A stretch of 64,000 bases of DNA from an uncultured Anaerolineales bacterium (GCA_964438295.1 CAYTKR010000011.1:2782-66781), one strand, 5' to 3'. Shown: positions 19,587-30,322, numbered from the stretch's first letter. Program-made: numbers and translations. Notes: a model not told the origin generated them from the letters alone.

Positions 19587-20597
19587 TTAGGCTAGTTTAC
19601 CTGCGGCAAAAGCCTCCTCAAAAGGTTTGATAATCTCGATGATCTGATCAATATCGAGCCACTCAGGGTTCTCGGCACTGGAATAACGGAAACCATCGGG
19701 AACCGGTTGACCCTTTTCACCCCATCTTCCGCCAAACCAGTACGCTTCCACCGGCTGTACTACAAACATATCATCCAGTTCAATCGTCGAACGCGATTCG
19801 TCGCGTGAGATCAACATCTCATGCAACTTCTCACCAGGACGAATTCCTATGGTCTCTAACTCCGCTTTGGGGGCGACTGCTTTGGCAAGATCGACCACTT
19901 TCATGCTGGGAATCTTCGGTACGAAAACTTCCCCACCTTGCATATTTTCGATGTTGCGAATCACAAATCGGACGCCCTGTTCCAGGGAAAGCCAGAATCG
20001 TGTCATGCGATCATCGGTGATGGTAAGCTGTCCATTATTCGCGCGTTGTCGCAAGAAGACAGGGACTACACTACCCCGGCTGCCGACAACATTGCCATAG
20101 CGCACGCAACTCAAGCGAGTTTCATATTTCCCAGCGTAAGCATTGCTCTGGATGACTAACTTCTCAGCCGCTAACTTGGTGGCCCCATAGAGATTTACCG
20201 GATTGACTGCTTTATCCGTGCTCAAAGCCATGACCTTTTTGACTCCCGTATCCAGTGCGGCATCGACCACATGACTGCTGCCAAGGATATTCGTTTTAAC
20301 TGCTTCCATGGGGTTGTACTCACAGGCCGGAACCTGCTTGAGCGCCGCGGCATGGACCACAATATCAACCGCTTGCATGGCTCGTTTGAGACGCTCTAAA
20401 TCCCGCACATCCCCAATAAAATATCGCAAGCTGGGATGATCGAAACCGGCTGCCCGCATTTCATGCTGTTTGAGTTCATCGCGGCTAAACACGATCAGCT
20501 TCGCAGGCTGATACTCTTCCAGCAAGATCTTTGTAAAAGCCTTTCCAAAGGAGCCGGTTCCTCCAGTGATCAAAACGACTTTATCTTTCCAATTCAT
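19587..20597 (-). CDS. pseB: UDP-N-acetylglucosamine 4,6-dehydratase (inverting)
   Basis: TGGTGSFG, SRDELKQ, AALKQVPACEYNP, STDKA, YGATK, RYGNV.GSRGSV, GIRPGEKLHE. Confidence 0.92.
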   Translation of the reverse strand: MNWKDKVVLITGGTGSFGKAFTKILLEEYQPAKLIVFSRDELKQHEMRAAGFDHPSLRYFIGDVRDLERLKRAMQAVDIVVHAAALKQVPACEYNPMEAVKTNILGSSHVVDAALDTGVKKVMALSTDKAVNPVNLYGATKLAAEKLVIQSNAYAGKYETRLSCVRYGNVVGSRGSVVPVFLRQRANNGQLTITDDRMTRFWLSLEQGVRFVIRNIENMQGGEVFVPKIPSMKVVDLAKAVAPKAELETIGIRPGEKLHEMLISRDESRSTIELDDMFVVQPVEAYWFGGRWGEKGQPVPDGFRYSSAENPEWLDIDQIIEIIKPFEEAFAAGKLA

Positions 20598-20650
20598 ATA
20601 TGTCTCCGTTTATTACTGTGATGCAAGAAAATCCTACAAACACAAGGCTC

Positions 20651-20697
20651 CGTCTGGACATATAGTGGTGGCTTCGCCACCACTATATGTCCAGACG
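20651..20697. repeat. Perfect 22-bp intergenic palindrome with GCTTCGC core
   Basis: cgtctggacatatagtggtggc-TTC-gccaccactatatgtccagacg. Confidence 0.9.
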
Positions 20698-20747
20698 AGA
20701 ATCCAATGCAGTGGGTATTTCCATCTGAGTCATTTAAATTTGCAAAT

Positions 20748-21617
20748 CTATATGATCGGTTTTCGGATCACAACCAACGGGTATTGGCCTTTCTCGCCGA
20801 AGAAATGCGGGAAACGTTCCTCGAACCAAAACAAAATACGCAATAGCGTTCGCCCGCCCCATCCTTGATGGGCAAAGGTGCGCAAGTGCTTCACACTAAC
20901 TCCCCTCCAAACGAATATTTCAATGGACATCCATGGTGCCAGCTGTGCTTTCAACCAATCTGCTCCGTATTTACGCACAAATGTGCCTTTGGGCGTATCC
21001 TTGGCTGTACTCACAGGTTTTGCAGGATGCACGGGGGGGGCGACTCCAAATACGCGCCTGACAATACCAATCAAGCGGTTCGTCCAACGCATGGGTTTCG
21101 CTAATAAATTGGGAATCAAAGCCTCTCCCCAACCATTAACCACGGCTATGGAACAACCAGGGGAAAGCACTCTGTATAAATCTTTATAGGCGGGAACATG
21201 GTCATCTTGTGGGAGATGGTGAATCGTATGCAGCGAAACGATCCCTTCAAAAACATCAGATTTAAATGGCAAGTTGGCAATATCTGCCACAACACAAAGG
21301 CCATGGTCACCGATCCGCTTGCGGGCCTCTTGCAGGGCAACATGCGAGATATCTACACAGACCCGGTTCGCATACCCTTTGGAGTACTCTAAATACTCTG
21401 GGTATTGGATGGGCCCAGAGCCTGCGTCCAGCAGCAGGTGTCCATGAGGATTGATGTGACGGTTCACCCGTAGATGACAACGATGGATATATTCACGCGA
21501 AACGGGCCGCAAATCCTCATAGCGAGCATTTTGGTAGACTCCTTCACTGACCTGTTGCCATCCAACCTGGTCGTAGAATTCACGTACCTGCGATTTGATT
21601 TCTGTCTCTGTACCCAT
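20748..21617 (-). CDS. Class I SAM-dependent methyltransferase
   Basis: LLDAGSG, CVDIS, ADIANLPF, HTIHH, RVLSPG. Start is 21617 or 21632. Confidence 0.85.
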   Translation of the reverse strand: MGTETEIKSQVREFYDQVGWQQVSEGVYQNARYEDLRPVSREYIHRCHLRVNRHINPHGHLLLDAGSGPIQYPEYLEYSKGYANRVCVDISHVALQEARKRIGDHGLCVVADIANLPFKSDVFEGIVSLHTIHHLPQDDHVPAYKDLYRVLSPGCSIAVVNGWGEALIPNLLAKPMRWTNRLIGIVRRVFGVAPPVHPAKPVSTAKDTPKGTFVRKYGADWLKAQLAPWMSIEIFVWRGVSVKHLRTFAHQGWGGRTLLRILFWFEERFPHFFGEKGQYPLVVIRKPII

Positions 21618-21619
21618 AA

Positions 21620-23215
21620 TTATTTTGCCCACTGAATGGGCTCGCCAACTAAATATTCAAATGTATCCCCAAACAGTCCAAACCCTTCATCCGAAAAAAC
21701 GGTTTCCAGCGGCCAGCGTTCAATATCATTTTGAAAATGTTGAACATGCCAGGGATAGGGCTGAGGATATTCAAAAAAGAAACGATAGGCGTAGGTCCAG
21801 GCGGCTTCGACCTGCGTTCGGGTGGGTCGGTGTGCCCGAGGATCAGCCAGCACTTTTTGGAGAATCTCGAAAAACCCGTCCCATGATTCTGCATCCAGCG
21901 TAAAGCCTTTGCCTCGGTAATGAGTTTTCCCTGTTACGATTACTGGCAGACCGCTCATAGCCATCTCCATACCCATCGTTGTGGTAAAAACCATCCCCAA
22001 ATCAGCAATCTCAACGAGGTCATAGGCATTGACTTTGGCATCGGCCGGCAACAAATGAATGTGGTCTGGCAATTCAGGGAACATCTCTCTGAGAATATCG
22101 TAAACCGCCGGTCCCCAGCCGATTTGTTCTCCGGGATGGGTCTTGATCACAAACTGCACGTCAGCCCGTTCGATGAAGAATTCGATCGTGCGTTGCAACC
22201 ATTCCGTCATACTGGAGCTGAATAGCTGACGCCCAAGGGTTAAACTATCTCCGAGCACATTGGTGGGCAGATACACAACGGGACGAGAATCCAACCCCAA
22301 ATCTTCGCGCGCCTCCTCCACACCCTGGGAGGGCATCCCCTGCCAAAGACGCACAAAAGTCTCCCAAATATTCCCTTTCTGCCTGGCAGCGAAGAACCCC
22401 TTTACCCGCGTCCACTCTTCTTCCGAAAGAGGCGTATCTTTGCGCGCATCCCAGAGATCCTGGGTATCCTGGCGCATCACATCATCGTTTTGCGCCAGCC
22501 ACATACGTTCACTTTGCTCGCCAAATTCCAAAGTCATCACAGGAATTCCCAAATATTTGCTCACCAAATAGGTGATACCGAATTCAAGCATACTACCATT
22601 GGGAACTATGACCACATCGGGGCGATTTCCCATCATTTGGGTGAGTATTCTGCGTGCGTGAATTTCATTACGCTCGCGCCGCAACCGATAAAGATCGCTA
22701 TCCGGGTCGACATCTTCCCTAAGCAGACTGTACTGCACATCGCGGAACGCAGCTGCGTTCATCATCTCATCTAATTCAACGGGTAATGCATCCACCTGGG
22801 CTGATTCGAGTAATGAAACAACTTTGATGTGCGGTTCTGCCTGGCTAACAATCCCCTGGATATACATATTCTGGCGCCGCAAATCAAACTGGTTGATGGG
22901 TTTCTTCCAATGCGCGTAGGGCAAATAGGTCAGGGTGACATCATGACCCAGAGCGGCCAAAGCCAGGCTCATTAGCATACTGTGCTCGAGCCAATAGCTC
23001 AGCATACTGAAGACCAGCACACTTTTGGGTTTTCCGGCTTGCTTCGTGACGGCCCTGGCCTGTTCGAGCCACTCAGGCAGCATCGTTTGCAAGCGATCCA
23101 ATCGGTACCCACCCACCGGAGGCTGCTCACTCTGTCGCAAAAACCTGTAAATCTCAGCAGTTAGCGGAAGTTCGCCAAGGAGATTTTTGACTTTTTCTTT
23201 CGAGAGCATTGCCAC
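21620..23215 (-). CDS. Capsule polysaccharide biosynthesis protein (Capsule_synth/KpsS-like GT-B)
   Basis: IKTHPGE, NAYDL, TTTMGMEMAMSGLPVIVTG..HYRGKGFT. Confidence 0.7.
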   Translation of the reverse strand: MAMLSKEKVKNLLGELPLTAEIYRFLRQSEQPPVGGYRLDRLQTMLPEWLEQARAVTKQAGKPKSVLVFSMLSYWLEHSMLMSLALAALGHDVTLTYLPYAHWKKPINQFDLRRQNMYIQGIVSQAEPHIKVVSLLESAQVDALPVELDEMMNAAAFRDVQYSLLREDVDPDSDLYRLRRERNEIHARRILTQMMGNRPDVVIVPNGSMLEFGITYLVSKYLGIPVMTLEFGEQSERMWLAQNDDVMRQDTQDLWDARKDTPLSEEEWTRVKGFFAARQKGNIWETFVRLWQGMPSQGVEEAREDLGLDSRPVVYLPTNVLGDSLTLGRQLFSSSMTEWLQRTIEFFIERADVQFVIKTHPGEQIGWGPAVYDILREMFPELPDHIHLLPADAKVNAYDLVEIADLGMVFTTTMGMEMAMSGLPVIVTGKTHYRGKGFTLDAESWDGFFEILQKVLADPRAHRPTRTQVEAAWTYAYRFFFEYPQPYPWHVQHFQNDIERWPLETVFSDEGFGLFGDTFEYLVGEPIQWAK

Positions 23216-24498
23216 TATCCTACCGTCTCGATTTGCCAGGCCAGGCGCGGTCGCACCAAACCCATGCGCGTTTCAGACCACTGTTTTCCGGGCGCGCCCA
23301 TCCCATCGACCGTAAAAGTCAAAGCACGCTCATCCATAAAGAAACGCTTCACACGGAAAGAGCTGGCGTTCATCCCCACTGTATAGCGACCCTCGTTGAG
23401 AAGATCTGCGGGAATAGCGCAACGGCTGATGAAATGGCCCTCAGGACGCACGCCAAATTTGTCATACTGGTCAGGCTCATCGGTATCGAAGGTGGTCAAC
23501 ACATACTCGCCTCGCGCACTCATCAAATAGAGCCCAACGCGCAGCCCCTGGATTGACTCTGTCAGTTCATATTCAACTTCCAAGGTGATTTCTTCTGTCG
23601 AGCGCACAACATCAACATTGTTCCCTTTGGAGTTACGCACGCGCAAAGCAATCGGCCGGAAGGGTGCAGCAGCATCTGGGATCTCATCAGCGTCCCAAGT
23701 TCTTTCTCCCGCTTCGGAGAAACCTGAGATCATATAATAATCTACAGCTTCCACTGTGGGGGCGCGGTAAACAAGTTGGCCTTTTTCCAAGACAATGGCT
23801 TCCTCGGTCAAGCGCAAAATTGCTGACATATCATGGCTAACAAACAGCACGGTACGGCCTTCTTGAGCCACGTCACTCATTTTCCCGAGGCATTTACGCT
23901 GGAACTCTGCATCACCGACAGCCAACACCTCATCGACGACCAAGATCTCTGGTTCTAAGTGAGCAGCAACGGCAAACGCCAACCGCAGGTACATGCCGCT
24001 GGAATAACGCTTGACCGGCGTATCGATGAACTTCTCCACACCTGAGAAATCCACGATCTCGTCGAATTTGCCATCAATCTCAGTTCGCTTCATCCCCAAT
24101 ATAGCGCCGTTGAGGTAAATATTCTCTCGACCCGTTAATTCCGGATGGAATCCTGTACCTACTTCCAAAAGTGAGCCTACTCTACCACGGATTTCGACTT
24201 CACCCTCTGTAGGCTCTGTGACTCGCGACAACACTTTTAATAGGGTGCTCTTACCCGCTCCATTGCGACCGATGACACCCAATATCTGACCCTGCTCCAC
24301 ATTGAAGGAAATATCTCGCAAAGCCCAGATGGTATCCAAACGATCTTCCCCTGTAGGAGCCAGGCCTCGGCGAATGCGCTGGATGGGCCAGGTCACCACA
24401 TCAACAATTGAATCGCGCAGCGTTTTATAACGCTCTGGAGCCAACCCAATGCGATATTGTTTGCCGAGATCTTCTACTCTTATTGCTAATTCTGTCAT
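23215..24498 (-). CDS. wzt: Polysaccharide ABC transporter ATP-binding protein with C-terminal Wzt_C domain
   Basis: GRNGAGKST, GTGFHPELTGRENI, YSSGM, VDEVLAVGD and an extra C-terminal domain. Confidence 0.93.
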   Translation of the reverse strand: MTELAIRVEDLGKQYRIGLAPERYKTLRDSIVDVVTWPIQRIRRGLAPTGEDRLDTIWALRDISFNVEQGQILGVIGRNGAGKSTLLKVLSRVTEPTEGEVEIRGRVGSLLEVGTGFHPELTGRENIYLNGAILGMKRTEIDGKFDEIVDFSGVEKFIDTPVKRYSSGMYLRLAFAVAAHLEPEILVVDEVLAVGDAEFQRKCLGKMSDVAQEGRTVLFVSHDMSAILRLTEEAIVLEKGQLVYRAPTVEAVDYYMISGFSEAGERTWDADEIPDAAAPFRPIALRVRNSKGNNVDVVRSTEEITLEVEYELTESIQGLRVGLYLMSARGEYVLTTFDTDEPDQYDKFGVRPEGHFISRCAIPADLLNEGRYTVGMNASSFRVKRFFMDERALTFTVDGMGAPGKQWSETRMGLVRPRLAWQIETVG

Positions 24499-24524
24499 AA
24501 CTTGTAACGTGCAAACCTGTATCG

Positions 24525-25382
24525 CTATACCATGTCTGCGAACGTTCTCTCCATGCGCCGAAAATAGAACAACCCAGTGACCAGTACCAGAATTGACACA
24601 CCCACCGAGATCGACATGGTCAAGGGCGCGGAGGCATCCAACTCAATGCCTAATAACGCCCAACGAAAACCCTGTACGACTCCGGCCATAGGGTTGAGGG
24701 AGTAGATCACCTTCCATGTACCAGTGATGTACTGCGCTGAATATGCCACCGGGGTGAGGTATTTCCACACTTCCGTCAGGAACGGCAGCATATAGCCCAC
24801 ATCTCGGTAGAGCACATTCAACGAAGAGAACCATAAACCAATCCCCAAGGCAGAGATCAAAGTCAATAACAAGAACAGTGGCAAAGTCCAGATCGCGGAG
24901 GTCAAGGAGATCTTGTAATACACCATCATTCCAATCAGGACAACAAAAGCGATCAAAAAATCTACAAGTCCACTCAGGACTGTCGAAATGGGAATTACCA
25001 GACGTGGGAAATAGATCTTGGTGATCATGTTGCGGTTCGACACCATAGAACGTCCAGTATCGTTCATGGCTTTGGAGAACAACTGCCATGGCAGCAAGGC
25101 CACATAGGTGAAAATCGTGTATGGAACCCCCTCAGAATCAAGATTAGCTAGCTGTCCAAAAATCAGTGCATATACGATCATCGAAATGACTGGCCTGATG
25201 ATTGCCCAGGCAGCTCCAAGAACTGTCTGCTTATAGCGCACTTTGATATCCCTCCAGGTCAGGAAAAATATCAACTCCCGGTAGCGCCATAAGTCGCCAA
25301 GATTGAGGGCAGACCAACCCCGAGTCGGGCGTAACAGGATCGTTTCAGGAGCAGGTTGGGTTGTGAGAGATGTCTCTGCCAT
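24525..25382 (-). CDS. wzm: Polysaccharide ABC transporter permease
   Basis: YRELIFFLTWRDIKVRYKQTVLG, KIYFPR, LNPM, FADMV. Confidence 0.93.
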   Translation of the reverse strand: MAETSLTTQPAPETILLRPTRGWSALNLGDLWRYRELIFFLTWRDIKVRYKQTVLGAAWAIIRPVISMIVYALIFGQLANLDSEGVPYTIFTYVALLPWQLFSKAMNDTGRSMVSNRNMITKIYFPRLVIPISTVLSGLVDFLIAFVVLIGMMVYYKISLTSAIWTLPLFLLLTLISALGIGLWFSSLNVLYRDVGYMLPFLTEVWKYLTPVAYSAQYITGTWKVIYSLNPMAGVVQGFRWALLGIELDASAPLTMSISVGVSILVLVTGLFYFRRMERTFADMV

Positions 25383-25417
25383 AAAGCGTCAAAAAGTTGA
25401 ACATTGATCGTTCAACG

Positions 25418-26398
25418 CTATGCTATCCGATCCTGGTTTTCCTTGAACCAATCAATCGTGCGGCGCAAGCCTTCTTCGAAAGGCATCTCTGCCTCGAAGC
25501 CAAAGAACTCCTTCGCCCTGCTGGTATCCAGACCACGGCGCGGCTGCCCATTCGGTTTGGTCGTATCCCATACGATTTCGCCCTCGAAGCCAGTCAACTT
25601 GGCGATTAATTGGGCTAAGTCTTTTATGCTGATCTCCATTCCCGATCCAAGGTTTACAGGCTCCAAATCGGAATATCGTTCTGCTGCCATTACGACACCC
25701 CGAGCGGCATCACCCGCATAGAAGAACTCACGCGTCGGCGAGCCATCACCCCATAATACTACTTCCTTATCGCCACGTTGCTGCGCCTCGATCATCTTGC
25801 GGATCAGGGCTGGAATAACATGTGAGGTCTCCAGGTTGAAGTTGTCGCGTGGGCCATACAGATTCACCGGAAGTAAATAGATGGCATTGAAATCATATTG
25901 TTCGCGATATGTCTGCGCCTGGACCAGAAGCATCTTTTTGGCTAAACCGTAAGGGGCATTCGTCTCCTCGGGATAGCCATCCCACAGGTTTTCTTCCTTG
26001 AATGGGACGGGAGTAAATTTTGGGTAAGCGCAGATGGTGCCAATGGCAACGAACTTCTCCACACCAAATTTCCAGGCTTCATGCATTAGTGGGACGCCCA
26101 TCATCAAGTTTTTGTAGAAAAATTCAGCTGGGCGCGCTCGGTTGGCACCAATGCCCCCAGCCAATGCTGCCAGATGGATGATCACATCGGGGTTGGAGTC
26201 GTTCAGCATGCGCTGGATATCTTCCAGGGTGGTCAAATCATAGTTTTCGATATGGGGGATGAATATCTCTGAGGCGCCGCGCTCCCGGAGAACTTGCTGG
26301 ACAAAGGAACCTAGAAAACCAGCACCACCTGTTACACAAACTCTTCTTTCCGCCCAGAATTCTTCTGGAGTAGGGTAATTCGATTCAGCCATGATCAC
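25418..26398 (-). CDS. fcl: GDP-L-fucose synthase
   Basis: [46 protein letters not shown]. Confidence 0.93.
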   Translation of the reverse strand: MIMAESNYPTPEEFWAERRVCVTGGAGFLGSFVQQVLRERGASEIFIPHIENYDLTTLEDIQRMLNDSNPDVIIHLAALAGGIGANRARPAEFFYKNLMMGVPLMHEAWKFGVEKFVAIGTICAYPKFTPVPFKEENLWDGYPEETNAPYGLAKKMLLVQAQTYREQYDFNAIYLLPVNLYGPRDNFNLETSHVIPALIRKMIEAQQRGDKEVVLWGDGSPTREFFYAGDAARGVVMAAERYSDLEPVNLGSGMEISIKDLAQLIAKLTGFEGEIVWDTTKPNGQPRRGLDTSRAKEFFGFEAEMPFEEGLRRTIDWFKENQDRIA

Positions 26399-27462
26399 TT
26401 ATCCATGCTCACTACTTGATCTTCCCAACGGTGCCAACCATCAAAACGTTCAGCCAAGAGGCGTTTCCCATCTCCAGGAGCTTCGAGCCCCAACAATTCC
26501 AGATCAGCGTCCATCATAATGCGGACCAAATCTTTATATTTGATCCTAGGCTCCCATCCCAAAGCTTCATATGCTTTGGTAGGATCAGCCAAAAGATAAT
26601 CGACCTCTGTAGGGCGGAAATAGCGCTCATCAATACGCACAAACTCTTCATAATCCAAATCGACATAACCAAAAGCCTCTTGCAGGAATTCTCTCACTGT
26701 ATGAGATTCTCCAGTGCCAATGACAATATCCATGGGATCATCTTGTTGCATCAACCGCCACATCACTTCAACATATTCTGGAGCGTATCCCCAATCGCGT
26801 TTAGAGTCCAGATTACCCATGTAGAGATTTTTCTGTATCCCAGCCAGGATGGCCGCGACAGCGCGCGTGATCTTGCGGGTAACGAATGTCTCACCCCGAC
26901 GCGGGGACTCGTGATTGAAAAGGATGCCACTGCTAGCAAACATTCCATAGCCATCACGATAGTTCTTGGTGACCCAATGGGCATAGGCTTTGGCAGCAGC
27001 ATATGGACTTTGTGGTTCGAAGGGGGTAGACTCGCTTTGAGGTGGTGAGGCGCTCCCAAACAATTCACTGGTCGAAGCCTGGTAGAAACGGATATTGCCA
27101 CCCACACGCCGAATGGCTTCTAAAAGTCTTATTGTTCCTAAGCCAGTGACATCCCCTGTGTATTCAGGCAAATCGAAGCTGACGCGCACGTGGCTCTGCG
27201 CTGCCAGGTTATAGATTTCGTCTGGCTCAACCTGGGAAATCAGATTCTGCATACTGTCGGAACTGGCAAGATCACCATAATGAAGGCGCATCTTGGCTCG
27301 GTCACCATTATGAGGGTCACGATAGATATGATCGACACGCCCGGTATTGAACGTACTCGACCTGCGGATCATGCCGTGGACTTCATATCCTTTCGACAAT
27401 AATAGCTCCGTCAGGTATGACCCATCCTGACCAGATATGCCTGTAATCAAAGCTTTTTTCAT
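26395..27462 (-). CDS. gmd: GDP-mannose 4,6-dehydratase
   Basis: [43 protein letters not shown]. Confidence 0.95.
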   Translation of the reverse strand: MKKALITGISGQDGSYLTELLLSKGYEVHGMIRRSSTFNTGRVDHIYRDPHNGDRAKMRLHYGDLASSDSMQNLISQVEPDEIYNLAAQSHVRVSFDLPEYTGDVTGLGTIRLLEAIRRVGGNIRFYQASTSELFGSASPPQSESTPFEPQSPYAAAKAYAHWVTKNYRDGYGMFASSGILFNHESPRRGETFVTRKITRAVAAILAGIQKNLYMGNLDSKRDWGYAPEYVEVMWRLMQQDDPMDIVIGTGESHTVREFLQEAFGYVDLDYEEFVRIDERYFRPTEVDYLLADPTKAYEALGWEPRIKYKDLVRIMMDADLELLGLEAPGDGKRLLAERFDGWHRWEDQVVSMDK

Positions 27463-27480
27463 ATATTCTTCCTTATATTT

Positions 27481-28494
27481 TCATTGAACGATGAAGCGCG
27501 CATTCCGATAACGCGGGTCATCCGGTTCCTGAATAATGCCCTCTTGCAGTGCAGCTAGAACTTCTCGGATACCGTCTTCAACGCAATACTGGGTTTCGAA
27601 ATTTAATTCGTTCTTTACCTTCTTGAACGAAACGTTAATGTCGCGCATATCACCACCGAAGGTAATGTCCTGATAATTTACTTCCGTTTCTGGCAGGCGC
27701 TTCAGGATCAGTTTCACAATTTGGTCTTTTGTCAAATTACCTTCATCGGAGCCGACGTTGTATATCTGCCCGCGCACTTTCTCGATGGGCAAATGAAGAC
27801 CCAGAATAATACCATGAACGGCGTCTGAAATGTGCACGAAAGAGCGCGAATAGCCCCTTTGGTAGATCATCAATTTGCGCTTGCTAAACGCTTCTAATAC
27901 AAATTGGTTTAGGATAAGGTCGAATCGTGGGCGTGGAGAAAGTCCATACAAAGTTGCCGGTCTGAAAATCATTGGAGCACATCCATTGCGGCTTGCCTGC
28001 GCCAGCAAATATCGTTCAGAAGCTACTTTGGTCTCCGCATATAAAGATTGTGGATTGAGTGGTGATTCTTCCGTTACGGGATTGCCATCCCCAGAGAGAC
28101 CATAGTTGCTGTAGGATGATAAATAAATAAACCTCTCGACATTCAGTGCTTCAGCCTGTTCGAAAACATGCTGAGTAGATTCGACATTGTATCTCCAAGC
28201 TACCAATCGACCTACAGATTGACATGCGGGGAACCCCGCTATGGCCGCCAGATGGATGATTGCTATTGGGCTTGGCCAGTCACTCCTGACTGCATTGCGA
28301 ATAGCGCGCGATTCCCACACATCGGCTTTGACGAAACGAAATTTTTCGTTGGGGAGATAGGATAGCAGAGATTCCCCTCCATAAAGCAATCGATCAACAA
28401 CAGTGACATAATACCCTTGTCGAAGTAGCTCACCTGTCAGAAATGACCCAATATAGCCTGCGCCACCAGTGATCAATATATGCCGCTCACTCAT
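27481..28494 (-). CDS. NAD-dependent epimerase/dehydratase (extended SDR)
   Basis: TGGAGYIGS, HLAA, YAETK, PRFDL. ATG 28494 overlaps the regulator stop (ATGA). Confidence 0.88.
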   Translation of the reverse strand: MSERHILITGGAGYIGSFLTGELLRQGYYVTVVDRLLYGGESLLSYLPNEKFRFVKADVWESRAIRNAVRSDWPSPIAIIHLAAIAGFPACQSVGRLVAWRYNVESTQHVFEQAEALNVERFIYLSSYSNYGLSGDGNPVTEESPLNPQSLYAETKVASERYLLAQASRNGCAPMIFRPATLYGLSPRPRFDLILNQFVLEAFSKRKLMIYQRGYSRSFVHISDAVHGIILGLHLPIEKVRGQIYNVGSDEGNLTKDQIVKLILKRLPETEVNYQDITFGGDMRDINVSFKKVKNELNFETQYCVEDGIREVLAALQEGIIQEPDDPRYRNARFIVQ

Positions 28495-29018
28495 AGAATA
28501 TGGCCATCCATAATCAGGTAAACTCGCCAACCGCGAATTTCTAAAACTGGCAATTCAGGATCATCATCAATGATCACCCCTTGCTCAAGACAAGTCAGAC
28601 GGATGACTTCTGAAAGATCACCATCTCCGGCAACCCGAACACGGACATACCCTGATTGCCTAACTTCTTGGATGAGTTCAGTGACCCGCCGACGAGTCCG
28701 TCGAAATAGCATCATCGAATTTTCGATGTATTTGACAGTCAGACCGGCGCGAAATTTCAGACCTTTAGGTGTGATAATATAACGAAGTTTTTTCCGTTCG
28801 GCACGCGATAACTTGATATAGCCCTTCATCCCCATGCGTTTGATATGCCAGTTGACAGTGCCAACCGCAACATTGAGTTTGCTTGCCAGAGTAGCCTGGT
28901 TTACATTTGGATCTTCTTCGATATTTTCGAGAATAATACGTTCACGTTCTTTTTGGTTCTCGTCTAGATCGTGATCTTCGGTCAGTATCTGAGCTTTTTC
29001 TAAAACCATACTCCACAC
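28491..29018 (-). CDS. MarR-type winged-helix transcriptional regulator, EPS-associated
   Basis: QATLASKLNVAVGTVNWHIKRM..KGYIK...RYIITPKG. First gene of the operon. Confidence 0.85.
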   Translation of the reverse strand: MWSMVLEKAQILTEDHDLDENQKERERIILENIEEDPNVNQATLASKLNVAVGTVNWHIKRMGMKGYIKLSRAERKKLRYIITPKGLKFRAGLTVKYIENSMMLFRRTRRRVTELIQEVRQSGYVRVRVAGDGDLSEVIRLTCLEQGVIIDDDPELPVLEIRGWRVYLIMDGHIL

Positions 29019-29045
29019 TTACTTTTTCCAAAATTCAGCGAATGA

Positions 29046-29073
29046 ATTATAACAGTGAACGTGAATAGGTCAA
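29046..29073 (-). promoter_or_regulatory. Sigma70-type promoter for the marR-gmd-fcl-wzm operon
   Basis: TTGACC-N16-TATAAT with extended -10 TGn on the minus strand. Confidence 0.6.
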
Positions 29074-29154
29074 GAAGGATAAAAATTCTTCCAGGTATAA
29101 TAGTATTGCCATTTAATGGATGACTCCACTGAAACAACTACCAGACGAGGGCTT

Positions 29155-29176
29155 CCGCCGGAATATATGGGGGTGG
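29155..29176. repeat. Solo half-copy of the 47638 palindrome arm
   Basis: ccgccggaatatatgggggtgg vs ccgccggaatatataggggtgg at 47637-47658 (21/22). Confidence 0.65.
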
Positions 29177-29273
29177 CTTTTTGCAGTAGAGTGATGGATA
29201 AATTCGAAGAAGGGATTCCCTCTTTCGAGATCATCGCATCAGGTTTAGTAGTTGTATATTGAGGTAATTCAAT

Positions 29274-30308
29274 ATGAAGAACAATAAAAGAAAAAGCATA
29301 AAGAATCTTCTCGTTTTTTCGTTGGACACATTTGGAATTGTGCTCCTGGTTGGAGCAGCATCACTAGACCTGATACAAAACGATTCCGGTTTCTATGAAA
29401 TTGGTCTCTTTCAAAAATTTATCATTTTGATCGGTTTGTTGCTAACCCTGGGGAGCAATTTCCTCATCCGATCCTTATCCATCCGCAGATCCATCCTCAC
29501 AGCAAAATTCCCTGCCTTCGCTTTTTTCTGTATCAGTGTTTTGTTATTGGTGATCAATCTGATTGGCCTGGCATTTCCGCTTCGCAACCCGGCAGTCTAC
29601 GAGGGGCTCGAATATGCCGGCAAGATACGTACCCCACAATACTCATCTGAAGAAGTTTTCGCGCAGATGGATCGCGACGCGTCCATCGATGAGCAATATC
29701 CAGAATATGTAAAAAGATTGAACAAACTCATTTTCAACGGGACCGTACATTACTGGGTAGAATTCGAAGAGAGCAACGCCTACAATCTGCGCATCCCTAT
29801 TCACGAAAACTGGTTGATCTATTTTTCTCGACTTCTGCAGGGGGAACGGGACAATTATGAGTTTTGTCGCGCCGAAAGAGCCATCGAACGATCAACCTGC
29901 GTTTGCTCGCAATCTTCGAAAATATTGGCCGATATTCTGGGAAGGAACCGAATTCCAGCACATATCGTCGGACTAGAAGGCCACGTAGTCACCCGCGCCC
30001 GCGTGGATAAAGAAACTGACCAGTGGTGGATCTTAGATGCAGATTATGGAGTCGTGATCGAACAGGATATTCGCGAAATCGAAGCCAACCCAGAAATTAT
30101 TCAAGCCCCTTATGAGGAGCAGGGATACAGTCAAAGGGTAATCGACACGCTAGTAGATATTTATGGTCCCGAGGGTAACTTCATCATCGATGAGAATCAT
30201 CAATGTGGAGAAGAGGACCACCTTTACCTTTTGAAATGGCTCATCCCTATTTTGGTGATCTGGCCTTTTGCTACATTTATTGTCATTTATCAGTTCAGAA
30301 AATCCTAG
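29274..30308 (+). CDS. Membrane protein with transglutaminase-like Cys-His-Asp domain
   Basis: Three N-terminal TMs plus a C-terminal TM. CVCSQ...GLEGHVV...WWILDADYG. Confidence 0.6.
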   Translation: MKNNKRKSIKNLLVFSLDTFGIVLLVGAASLDLIQNDSGFYEIGLFQKFIILIGLLLTLGSNFLIRSLSIRRSILTAKFPAFAFFCISVLLLVINLIGLAFPLRNPAVYEGLEYAGKIRTPQYSSEEVFAQMDRDASIDEQYPEYVKRLNKLIFNGTVHYWVEFEESNAYNLRIPIHENWLIYFSRLLQGERDNYEFCRAERAIERSTCVCSQSSKILADILGRNRIPAHIVGLEGHVVTRARVDKETDQWWILDADYGVVIEQDIREIEANPEIIQAPYEEQGYSQRVIDTLVDIYGPEGNFIIDENHQCGEEDHLYLLKWLIPILVIWPFATFIVIYQFRKS

Positions 30309-30322
30309 CACTACTCCAGCCA

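Noticed and set aside
26416-27048. 210-aa + strand ORF
   Set aside because: Antisense shadow of the well-supported gmd.
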